64,000 nucleotides of DNA from the human T2T-CHM13v2.0 reference genome, Homo sapiens. Where the stretch lies: NCBI RefSeq assembly GCF_009914755.1, contig NC_060947.1. The stretch is one strand, 5' to 3'. Positions 44,401-56,247 of this stretch are shown in pieces (position 1 is the first letter of the stretch; every line of letters starts with the position of its first letter). A program made the position numbers and the translations under genes. Under the pieces are notes generated by a model. It saw only the letters and a list, made by a program, of their open reading frames with translations, made no database searches and was not told the origin of the DNA.

Positions 44401-44812
44401 GATGAGTTCATGTCCTTTGCAGGGACATGGATGAAACTGGAAACCATCATTCTCAGCAAAGCAACACAAGAAGAGAAGACCAAACACCACATGTTCTCAC
44501 TCATAAGTGGGAGATGAGCAATGAGAACACATGGACACAGGGAGGGGAACATCACATGCCAGGGCCTGTTGGGGGTAGGGGGCTTGGGGAGGGATAGCAT
44601 TAGGAGAAATACCTAATGTAAATGACAAGTTGATGGGTGTAGCAAACTCACATGTCACATGTATACCTATGTAAACAAACATGCACGTTGTACACATATA
44701 TCCCAGAACTTAAAGTATAATTTTAAAAAAAAGATGAACACAAAAGCTTAAAGATGTATTGCGTTTTTAAATATGGAACTTTAATAAATCTAATATTGCC
44801 GTCAAAAAAATA
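38437..44812 (+). mobile_element. Full-length L1PA6/7-like element (ORF1 from 39602, frameshifted; ORF2 from 40689, multiple stops) with 3' transduction
   Basis: 5'UTR with YY1 site caagatggcc, ORF1p MGRNQRRKAEN..., ORF2 fragments, 3'UTR; perfect 14-bp TSD gaaaagcagtctgg at 38423-38436 and 44813-44826. Confidence 0.96.
38656..38901 (-). CDS. L1 ORF0 homolog (antisense 5'UTR ORF), 81 aa, open
   Basis: MVDAPPPTKLEHPRSISDCCAS...SVGVGHAEPGTG...EKRSIWAGV resembles primate L1 ORF0p (MAGAPPPASL...ISDCCAS...SVGVGPSEPG); ATG in strong Kozak context gcaATGG. Expression unknown. Confidence 0.6.
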   Translation of the reverse strand: MVDAPPPTKLEHPRSISDCCASSEDFTPMDLGLLGSVGVGHAEPGTGGNLLVCWLQRPWEKRSIWAGVYRSSWKSLTASLG

Positions 44813-45423
44813 GAAAAGCAGTCTGGGCCACAAGGACTGCAAATTCAAGGCAAGTCCTAGTGCTAAACTTGGCTAAGAGCCAGTAGACTCAGGGGGATAT
44901 GTGAGCTACTGAGACTCCAGCTGGGGAAGCTAAGGAAATGCTTGTACCACTTGTCCCCCAACCCCAAGCTGCACAGCTTGCAGTTCCAAAATAAATCCCT
45001 TCCTTCCACTTGAAGAGAGGAGAGGGGAGAGTAAAGACATCTCTGTCTTGCATCACGGATACCAGCTCAGTCACAGTAAAATAGGACACCAATCAGAGTT
45101 GTGAGTTCTCATTTCCAGGCCCTAGATCCTGAATGACATTTCTAGACACACCCTGGGCCAGAAGGAAATCCATTGCCTTGAAGTGAAAAACCCAGTCCTG
45201 CCAGGACTTACCATGTGCTGACTAAAGAGCCCTTGGGCCCTGAATAACCAGTAGTGATACCCAGGAAGTATACTATAGGCCTTGCGTGAGACTCTAAGAC
45301 TTATTGACTTCAGGTAATATACAGCAAATTCCCAGCTGTGCTGGCTATGAGAAGAGACTCCTTCTGTTTGGGAAAAGTGGAGGGACAAGCAAAAGGGACT
45401 TTGTCTTGCACTTTAGGTACCAG

Positions 45424-46970
45424 TGTGTCCGGAATTGGTGGGTTCTTGGTCTCACTGACTTCAAGAATGAAGCCGCGGACCCTCGCGGTGAGTGTTACAG
45501 CTCTTAAGATGGCGCGTCTGGAGTCTGTCCCTTCTGATGTTCATATGTGTTCGCAGTTTCTTCCTTCTGGTGGGTTCGTGGTCTCGCTGGCTCAGGAGTG
45601 AAGCTGCAGACCTTCGCGGTGAGTGTTACAGCTCTTAAGGCAGCGCGTCTGGAGTTGTTCGTTCCTCCCGGTGGGCTTGTGGTCTCGCTGGGCTCAGGAG
45701 TGAAGCTGCAGATCTTCGCCGTGAGTGTTACAGCTCATAAAAGCAGCGTGGACCCAAAGAGTGAGCAGTAGTAAGATTTATTGCAAAGAGCGAAAGAACA
45801 AAGCCTCTACAGTGTGGAAGGGGACCCGAACGTGTTGCCAATGCTGGCTCGGGCAGCCTGCTTTTATTCTCTTATCTGGCCCCACCCACATCCTGCTGAT
45901 TGGTAGAGCTGAGTGGCCTGTTTTAACAGGGCGCTGATTGGTGTGTTTACAATCCCTGAGCTAGATAAAAAGGTTCTCCACGTCCCCATCAGATTAGTTA
46001 GATACAGTTTCCACACACAGGTTCTCCAAGGCCTCACCAGAGCAGCTAGATACAGAGTGTCGATTGGTGCATTCACAAACCCTGAGCTAGACACAGGGTG
46101 CTGATTGGTGTGTTTACAAACCTTGAGCTAGATACAGAGTGCCGATTGGTGTATTTACAATCCCTGAGCTAGACATAAACGTTCTCCAAGGCCCCACCAG
46201 AGCAGCTAGATACAGAATGTCGATTGGTGCACTCACAAACCTTGAGCTAAACACAGGGTGCTGATTGGTGTGTTTACAATCCCTGAGCTAGACATAAAGA
46301 CTCTCCACGTCCCCACCAGACTCAGGAGCCCAGGTGGCTTCACCGAGTGGATCCCGCACCGGGGCTGCAGGTGGAGCTGCCTGCCAGTACTGCGCCGTGC
46401 ACTCGCATTCCTCGGCCCTTGGGTGGTAGATGGGACTGGGCGCTGTGGAGCAGGGGGTGGTGCTCGTCGGGGAGGCTTGGGCAGCACAGGAGCCCATGGA
46501 GTGGGTGGGAGACTCAGGCATGGCGGGCTGCAGGTCCCGAGCCCTGCCCCGCAGGAAGGCAGCTAAGGCTCGGTGAGAAATCGAGCGCAGCGCCGGTGGG
46601 CTGGCACTGCTGGGGGACCCAGTACACCCTCCGCAGCCACTGGCCCGGGTGCTAAGTCCCTCATTGCCCGGAGCCAGCAGGGCCGGCCGGCTGTTCTGAG
46701 TGCGGGGCCCGCCAAGCCCACGCCCACCCGGAACTCCAGCTGGCCGGCAAGCGCCGCACGCAGCCCTGGTTCCTGCTCGCGCCTCTCCCTCCACACCTCC
46801 CTGCAAGCTGAGGGAGTGGGCTCCAGCCTTGGCCAGCCCAGAAAGCGGCTCCCACAGTGCAGTGGTGGGCTGAAGGGCTCCTCAAATGCCGCCAAAGTGG
46901 GAGCCCAGGCAGAGGAGGTGCCGAGAGCAAGCGAGGGCTCTGAGGACTGCCAGCACGCTGTCACGTCTCA
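45424..46970 (-). mobile_element. Solo LTR12C (ERV9), 1547 bp
   Basis: Ends tgtgtccggaattggtggg and gcacgctgtcacgtctca; perfect 4-bp TSD ccag (45420-45423, 46971-46974); U3 and U5 tandem subrepeats; CpG-rich. Confidence 0.96.
45777..46270 (-). promoter_or_regulatory. LTR12C promoter/enhancer: seven CCAAT (NF-Y) boxes, TATA-like ATAAAA (45862-45867), AATAAA poly-A signal (45777-45782)
   Basis: attgg at 45899, 45937, 46063, 46104, 46145, 46223, 46264; layout is the known ERV9 LTR promoter architecture. Confidence 0.75.
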
Positions 46971-49900
46971 CCAGCTCAGCCACAAAGGGACAGAACACCA
47001 AGAGCGCTTTTGAGGTACTCAATTCCAGGCCTTGGCTCTTCAATGACATTTCTGGATGTGCCCTGGGCCAGAGAGGAGCCCACTACCATGAAGGGTGAGT
47101 CCCAGACTGGGCAGAATTCACCACAAACCAACTAAAGAGCTCTTGAGCTTTAGGGGACATTGGCTACCCTCTGTGGGCCTGTAGTGGTGGCAACAGGGTG
47201 AGGCTTCTCTGCCTGTGGAATGGGGAGGAAAGCGTGGGAAGGACCACATCTCACAGTTTGAGTGCCAGCTCAGCTGCAGTACAACAGAACACCAGGTAGA
47301 CTTCTAGAGTGTTTTGACTCCAGGCTCTAGATCCCAGACAGCACCTCTGGACCTGACCAGGGCCTAGGGGAGCTCACTGCCCTGAAGGGAAGGACGCAAG
47401 CCTGGCAGGCTTAAGCACCTGCTGATTGTAGAGCCCCAGGGCCCTGAACAAACATAGATGGAAGACAGGTAGTGGTTACAGTGGGCCTTCAGCAAGATCC
47501 AGGGCTGTGCTGGCTTTAGGTCTAACTCAGGAGAAGCCCACTGGCGTTGACCACAGGGTTGCTTGTGTCACTGCCCCCCCCCCCCCCAGCTCCAGGTGGT
47601 ACAGAACAGACAGACAGACTCCATTTCTTTGGAAGAAATAAGGGAAGAGAACAAAAGTTTTTGTTTAATAATCCAAGGAATTATTCTGGATATAATCCAA
47701 GATCATCACAGTTGTACTTCTAGAAGTTGGCAAGAACTACAGTGTTACTTGGCTTGGGGTGCCTCCTAATGCAGACAAGGCTTAGATCCTAATACTTAAG
47801 TCCTTTTGAATACCAGGAAAGGCTTCTCAAGGAGGATGCATACAAACAAGCCCAGACTATAAAGACTAGTAAATATCTAACTTTCCAACACCCAGATCAG
47901 ATACAGGTGGATTTCCACAAGCATCAACACCATCCTGAAAAACATGACCTCACTAAATGAACTCAATAAGGCACCAGAGGCCAAGCCTGAAGAAAGAGAT
48001 ATGTGACCTTCTTTCAGAAAGAGAATTCAAAATAGCTGCTTTGAGAAAACTCAAAGAAATTCAAGAAAACACAGAGAAGGAATTCAGAATGCTATCAGAT
48101 AAATTAAAAATATTGAAATAAACAAAAAAAAAACAGAAATTCTAAAGTTTAAAAATGGAGTTGACATAGTGAAAAATGCAAAGTCTAATAGCAGAATGGA
48201 TCAAGCAGAAGACAAAATTAGTGAACTTGAAGACAGCTATTTGAAAATACATGGTCAGAGGAGACAAAAGATAAAAGAATAAAAGACAATGAAGCATACC
48301 TATAAGATGTAGAAAACAGTCTCTAAAGGGCAAAGCTAAGAGTTACTGGCCTTAAAGAGGAAGTAGAGAAAGAAATAGGAGTAGAAAGTTTATTCAAAGG
48401 GATAAAAACAGAGAACTTCCCAAATTTAGAGATAGATGTCAATATCCAACTACAAAAAAGTTATAGAACACAAAGCAGATTTAACCCAAAGAAGACTATC
48501 TCAAGGCATTTAATAATCAGACTCCCAAAGGTGAAGGATAAAGAAAGAACCCTAAAAGCAGCATGAGAAAAGAAACAACATAAAATGGAGCTCCAATACG
48601 TCTGGCAGCAGACTTTTCAGTGAAAAACATACAGGCCAGGAGAGAGAGGCATAGCATATTTGAAGTGCTGAAGAAAACAAACCTTTACCCCAGAGTAGTA
48701 TATCTGGTGAAAATATCCTTCAAACATGAAGGAGAAATAAAAACTTTCCCAGACAAACAAAAGCTGTGGGTTTTCATCAACATTAGACCTGTCCCACAAG
48801 AAATGCTAAAGAGAGAACTTCAGTAAAAAAGAAAAGAATGTTAATGAGCAATAAGAAATCAACTGAAGGTACAAAACTCACTACTAATAGTAAGTATACA
48901 GAGAGACACAAAATATTATAACACTGTAAGTGTGGTGTGTAAACTAATTTTATACTAAATAGAAAAATTAAATGATGAATCAAAGATAATAACTATAACA
49001 ACTTTCCAAGACATAGACATTACAATAAAATATAAATCAAAACATCAAAAAGTTAAAAAGTGGGGGGATGAAATTGACGTGTAGAATTGTTGTTACTTTT
49101 CTTTTTGCTTGTTTCTTTGTTTATGCAAACAGTGTTAATTTATTATCAAGTAAAAATAATGGGTTAAAGACAGTATTGACAAGCCGCATGGTAACCCCAA
49201 ATCAAAAAACATGAAACAAATCCATGAAAATTAAAAAGCAAGAAATTAAGTCATATTACTAGAGAAAATCATCTTCCCTAAAAGGAAGACAAAAAGGAAA
49301 GAAAGAAGCAAACACTACAAAACAACCAGAAAACAAATAACCAAATGCCAGGAGTAAGTCCTTAGTTATCAATAATAACATTGAATGTAAATGAACTAAG
49401 CTCTCCAATTAAAAGACATAGACTGGCTGAATGGATTTTAAAAAACAGAAAAAAAGATCTTTTGCTTACAAGAAACATATTTAACCTATAGAAATACACA
49501 TAGACTGAAAATGAAAGGACAGAAAAAGATATTCCACGCCAATGGAAACCAAAAAAAGAGCAGTAGTAGCTATGCTTATATGAGACAAAATGGATTTCAA
49601 GACAAAAACTAGAAAAAGACAAAAAGAAAGTCACTGTATAATGATAAAGAGGTCAATTTGGCAAGAGGATACAACAATTATAAATATATACATATAGAAC
49701 ACTGGACCACCCAGATATATAAAGCAAATATTATCAGAGCTAAAGGGAGACAGACCCCAATACAATAATAGCTGGGAGGCTTCAATGCCCTACATTCAGC
49801 ACTGGACAAATATTCCAGACAGAAAATCAACAAACAAACATTGGACTTAATCTGAACTATAGACCAAATGGGCCTAATAGATATTTACAGAACATTTCAT

Positions 49901-50020
49901 CCAACAGCTACAGAACACACATTCTTTTCCTCATCACTTAGATCTTTCTCAAGGATAAACCATATGTTAGGTCACAAAACAGTTATAAAACATTCAAAAA
50001 ATTGAAATAATATCAAGCAT

Positions 50021-53000
50021 TGTGGTGGTCTATAGAGATTAAGGTGGCAGATAGGAAACAGGACAAGCTTGCAGCTCCTCCTTGGACTGACAAAGCAGTG
50101 TGTAGAGACTCACATCATGAACTTTTGCTCCAAGAACAACTGCAGGAAAATACTAGGAAAGCCAAAGGAATCCACAGACCCTTTGAAGGAACTGGATCAC
50201 CACTGCAGGCTCCGTGAAACACCGAAAAACTGTGTCTGCTTGCTTTCTCAATGGGGAGGTTTGTGATCTGGGGTAAGTTCTCAGTGCTGGTCACTGGCTA
50301 TCTGGAAATAGACTCAGTGCTGTTGTGGGGGCATAGTGGGAGTGAGACTGGCCTTTAGGACTGCAGGCTGCAAGGCAGCGGGATGAGGCCTGTGACTCCT
50401 GTCTTTCCCCCACTTCTCTGGTGAACTGTATGACCGAGCAGATGCAGCTATAATCACCCAGGGAATATAACTCCAATGGACTGGGAACCACACCCCCTTC
50501 CCAAAGGCAGCCACAGGAAGCCCTGCCCAAAGAGAATCTGAGCTCAGATATGCCTATCCCTGCCCCCACCTGGTGGTTTTTCTCCACCCACCCTGGTACC
50601 AAAGACAAAGATCATAATCTCTCTGGAGCTCTATGGCCCTGCCCACCACCTGAGAAACCTGAATATTTAACCAGGTGACCCTAGGGCAAGTTTGCATCCT
50701 TCCTATAGGACTGCAGCTGATGCACTCTTGAAAGCGTCACCTCCTGGCTGGAGGCCAACAAACACAAAACCAGCACACTAAACAAAAACAACCAAGGACC
50801 ATCACAGAGTCCACTTCACTTCCCTGCTATCTCTACCTTCACCGGAGCAGGTGCTGTTATCTACAGCTGCAAGACCTGAAGACAGATCACATCACGGGAC
50901 TCTTTGCAGACACTCCCCAGTACCAACCCGGAGCCTGGTAGCTCCACTGGGTGGCTAGACCCAGAAAGGCAAAAACAATCACTACAGTTCAGCTCTCAGG
51001 AAGCCCCATTCCTAGGGGAAGGGGGAGAACACCATATCAAGGGACCACCCCATGGGACAAAAGAATGTGAACAGCAGCCTTTGAATCCCAGATCTTCCCC
51101 TGACATAGTCTACACAAATGAGAATGAACCAGAAAAACAATTCTGGTAATATGACAAAACAAGGTTCTTTAACACCCCCAAAACATCATACCAGCTAACC
51201 AGCAATGAACCCAAGCCAAGATAAAAATCTCTGAATTGCCAGAAAAAGAATTCAGAAGGTCAATTATTAAGCTAATCAAGGAGGCACCAGAGAAAGGTGA
51301 AGTCCAGCTTAAAGGAATCAAAAACATGATCCAGAAAATGAAAGGAAAATTCTTCAGTGAAATAGAATAACTAAAAGCAGAATCACAACTTCTGGTAATC
51401 AAGGACACACTTAGAGAAATGCAAATTCACTGGAAAATCTCAGCAATAGAATCGAACAAGCAGAACCAAATCCATCAAAGACAAAGAAAAAAGAATTTTA
51501 AAAAATTAACAAAGCCTCCAAGAAGTTTGGGACTATGGTAAACCTAACAATAATTGGTGTTCCTGAGGAAGAAGAGAAATCTCACAGTTTGGAAAACATA
51601 TTGGAAGGAATAATCAAGGAAAACTTCCCTGACCTTGCTAGAGATCTAGAAATCAAAATACAAGAAGCTCAAAGAACACCTGGGAAATTCATCATAAAAA
51701 GATCATCACCTAGGCACACAGTCATCAGGTTATCTAAAGTCAAGACAAAGGAAAGAATCTTAAGAGCTATCAGGCAAAAGCATCAGCTAACCTATGAAGA
51801 AAAACTTATCAGATGAACGCAGATTTCTCAGCAGAAACCCTACAAGCTCAAAGGGACTGGGGCCTTATTTTTAGCTTCCTTAAACAAAATAATTATCAGC
51901 CAAAAATTTTGTATCCAGCAAAACTAAGCTTCATAAATGAAGGATAGATACACTCTTTTCCAGACAAACAAATGTTAAAATAATTTGCCACTACCAAGCC
52001 AGCACTACAAGAAATGCTAAAAGGAGGTCTAAATCTTGAAACAAATCCTCAAAAAACCCCAAAATAGAACCTCATTAAAGTATAAATCTCACAGGACCTA
52101 TATAACAATAACACAATGAAAGAAAACAAGGTATTTAGGCAACAAATAGCATGTTGAATAGAATACCACCTCATATCTCAATACTAACATTGAATGTAAT
52201 GGGCCTAAATACTCCACTTAAAAAACACAGAATGTCAGAATGGATAATAATTTACCAACCAAGTTTCTGCTGTCTTCAGGAGACTCACCTAACACGTAAG
52301 GACCCACATAAACTTAAGGTAAAGGAGTGGAAAAAGATACTCCATGTAAATGCACACCAAAACCAGCAGGAGTAGTTATTCTTATATCAGACTAAACAAA
52401 CTTTAAAGCAACAGCAATCTTAAAAGATAAAGAGGAACATTATATAATGATAAAAGGACTAGTGCAAGAGGAAAATATCAGTCCTAAATATATATGTGCC
52501 TAACACTGGAGCTTCCAAATTTATAAAACAATTACTACTAGACCTAAAAATGAGATAGATGGCAACACAATAATAGTGGGTGACTTCAGTAATCCACTGA
52601 GAGCACTAGATAGGTCATCAATACAAAAAGTCAACAAAGGAATGATGGACTTAAACTATAGCCTATAACAAATGGACTCAACAGATACTTGCAGGACATT
52701 CTACCCAACAACTGTAGAATATACATTCCATTCATAAGCACATGAAACGTTCTCCAAAATGGACCATATGATAGGCCACAAAACAAATCTCAGTAAATTT
52801 AAGAAAACCAAATTTATATCAAGTATTCTCTCAGACCTCAGTGGAATAAAATTGGAAATCATATCTAAAAGGAACCCTCAAAACCATGCAAATAACATGG
52901 AAATTAAATAATCTGCTCCTGAATGATGGTTGGGTCAACAATGAAATCAAGATGGCTATTAAAAAATTCTTTGAATTGAAATATAATAGTGACACAACCT

Positions 53001-55847
53001 CTCAAAACCTCTGGGAAACAGCAAATGCGGTGCTAAGAGGAAAGTTCATAGCATTAAATGCCTTCACCAAAAAGTCTGAAAGGGCACAAACAGACAATCT
53101 AAGGTCACACCGCACAGAAGTGGAGCAACAAGAACAATCCAAACCCAAACCCCGCAGAAGAAAAGAAATAATGAAGATCAGAGCAGAACTAAATGAAATT
53201 GAAACAAAAAAAAAATACAAAAGATAATGAAACAAAAAGCTGGTTCTTGGAAAATATAAGTAAAATTGATAGACAATTAGTGAGATTAACCAAGTAAAGA
53301 AGAGAGAAGATCCAAATAAACTCAATTACAAAAGAAACGGGAGATATTACCACTGATACCAAGGAAATACAAAAGATTATTCAACACTACTGTGAACCCC
53401 TTTATGCACATAAACTATAAAACTTAGAGGAGATGGATACATTCCTGGAAATATACAACTCTCCTAGATTAAACCAGGAAGATACAGAATCTCTGAACAG
53501 ACCAATAGCAAGCAGTGAGGTTGAAATGGTAATTTAAAAATTGTCAGCAAAATAATGTCCAGGATTAGATGGACTCACAGCTGAATTCTATCAGACATTC
53601 AAAGAAGAATTGGTACCAATCCTATTGACACTATTACACAAGACAGAGAAAGAGGAAATCCTCCCTAAATCATTCTATGATGCCAGTATCACCCTAATAC
53701 CAAAAACCAGGGAAGGACCTAACAAACAAACAAACAAACAAAAAAAAAAAAAAGAAGAAGAAGAAAACTACAGACCAATATCCCTGATGAAAATAGATGC
53801 AAAAATCCTCAACAAAATACTAGCAAACCTAATACAACAGCATATCAAAAAGACAATCCACCATGATCAAGTAGGTTTCATACTTGGGATGCAGGGATAG
53901 TTTAACATACGTAAGTCAACAGATGTTACACACCACATAAACAGAATTTAAAACAAAAATCACATGATTATTTCAATAGATGCAGAAAAAGCATTTGACA
54001 AAACCCAGCATCCGTTTATGATTAAAACCCTCAGCAAAATCGGCATAGAAGCAACATACCTTAACAAATAAAAGCCATCTAAAACAAACTCACAGCCAAC
54101 ATTATACCGAACGGGCAAAAGTTGAAAGCATTTTCCCCTGAGAATTGGAACAATAAAAAGATGCTCATTCTCACCACTTCTATTCAACATAGTATTGGAA
54201 GACCAAGCCAGAGCAGTCAGACAAGAGAAAGAAATAAAGGGCATCCAAAGAGGTAAAAAGAGGAAGGCAAACTATTGCTGTTTGCTGATGATATGATCGT
54301 ATACCTAGAAAATCCTAAAGACTCATCCAAAAAGCTCCTAGAACTGGTAAATGGATTCAACAAAGTTTCAGGATACAAAATTAATGTACACAAATCAGTA
54401 GCTCTGCTATACAGCAACAGTGGCCAAGCTGAGAATCAACTCAAGAACTCAACTCCTTTCACAATAGCTGAAAAAAATAAAATAAAATACTTAGGAATAT
54501 ACCTAACCAAGGAGGTGAAAGACCTCTACAAGAAAAACTACAAAATACTGCTGAAATAAATTATAGATGACACAAACAAATAGAAACACATCCCATTCTC
54601 ATAAATGGGTAGAATCAATATTGTTTAAATGACCATACCACCAAAAGCAATCTACAAATTTAATGCAATTCCCATTAAAATATCACCGTCATTCTTCACA
54701 GAACTAGAAAATAAACAATCCTAAAATTCAGATGGGACCAAAAAAAGAGCCCACATAGCCAAAGCAAGACTAAGCAAATAGAACAAATCTGGAGGTATCA
54801 GATTACCTGACTTCAAACTATACTATAAGGCCATCGTCACCAAAACAGCATGGCACTGGTATAAAAATAGGCATCTAGACCAATTGAACAGAAAAGAGAA
54901 CCCAGAAATAAACCCAAATACTTACAGCCAACTGATTTTCAACAAAGCAAAGAAAAACATAAAGTGGGGAAAGGACACCCTGTTCAACAAATGATGCTGG
55001 GATAATTGTCAAGCCACATATAGACAAATGAAACTGGATCCTCATCTCCTACCCTATACAAAAATCAACTCAAGATGGATCAAAAACTTAAATTTAAGAC
55101 TGAAGCCATAAAGATTTTAGAATATAACATTGAAAAAACTCTTCTAGACATTGGCTTAGGCAAAGATTTCATGACCAAGAATGCAAAAGCAAATGCAACA
55201 AAAACAAAGATAAACAGATGGAACTTAATTAAACTAAAAAGCTTCTGCACAGCAAAAGAAATAATCAGCAGAGTTAACAGACAACCCACAGAGTGGGAGA
55301 AAATCTTCACAATTTACACATCCAACAAACAACTACTACTCAGAATGTACAAAAACTCAAATCAGCAAGGAAAAAACAAACAATCCCATCAAAAAGTGGG
55401 CTAAGAACATGAAAAGACAGTTCTCAAAAGAAGATATACAAATGGTCAACAAGCATATGGAAAATGCTGAACATCACTGATGATCAAAGAAATGCAAATC
55501 AAAATCAAAATGCAATAACACCTCACTCCTGCAAGAATGGCCATAATCAAAAAATCAAAAAGTCATAGATGTTGGCTGGAATGTGGCAAATAGGGAACAC
55601 AATTACACCGTTGGAGGGAATGTAAACTAGTACAACCACTATGGAAAACAGTGTGAAAATTCCTTAAAGAACTAAAAGTAGATCTACCATTTGATCCAGC
55701 AATCCCACTACTAGGTATCTACCCAGAGGAAAGGAAGTCATTATACGAAAAAGATACTTGCACACACATGTTTGCAGCAGCATGATTTGCAATTGCAAAA
55801 ATATGAAACCAGCCCAAATGCTCATCAATCAATGAATGGATAAAGAA

Positions 55848-55885
<38 letters not shown>

Positions 55886-56247
55886 AAATACTATTCAGCC
55901 ATAAAAAGGAATGAAATATTGGCATTCACAGCAACCTTGATGGAATTGGAGACTATTATTCTAAGTGAAGTAACTCAGAAATGGAAAACCAAACACTGTG
56001 TATTCTCACTCATATGTGGGAGCTAAGCTATGAGGACGCAAAGGTATACAAATGACATATTGGACTTTGGGGACTTGGGAAAGGGTGGGGGTAGCAAGGG
56101 ATAAAAGACTATTCATTGGGTACAGTGTACACTGCTCGGGTGATGGGTGCACCAAAATCTCAGAAATCACAACTAAAGAACTTATTCGTGTAACCAAACA
56201 CCACCTGTTCCCCAAAGACCTACTGAAATAAAAAAAATATTTTTTAA
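50021..56247 (+). mobile_element. Full-length L1PB1-like element, ORFs disabled
   Basis: L1PB 5'UTR, ORF1/ORF2 fragments ([27 protein letters not shown]), 3' end aaacaccacctgttccccaaagacctactgaaataaaaaa; TSD atcaagcat at 50012-50020 and 56248-56256; (TA)n at 55853-55880. Confidence 0.92.

Noticed and set aside
39602-44500. Potentially active L1 (ORF1 273 aa, ORF2 pieces)
   Set aside because: ORF1 is frameshifted before its end and ORF2 has many stops and frameshifts; retrotransposition-incompetent. The same holds for the L1s at 1-5341 and 50021-56247.
45460-46320. Regularly spaced repeats resembling a CRISPR array
   Set aside because: These are the internal U3/U5 tandem subrepeats of LTR12C; no unique spacers, no cas genes, eukaryotic context.
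46233-47098. Overlapping 70-172 aa ORFs and CpG-island-like composition
   Set aside because: GC-rich U3 of LTR12C lacks stops by composition; not a host gene or gene promoter.
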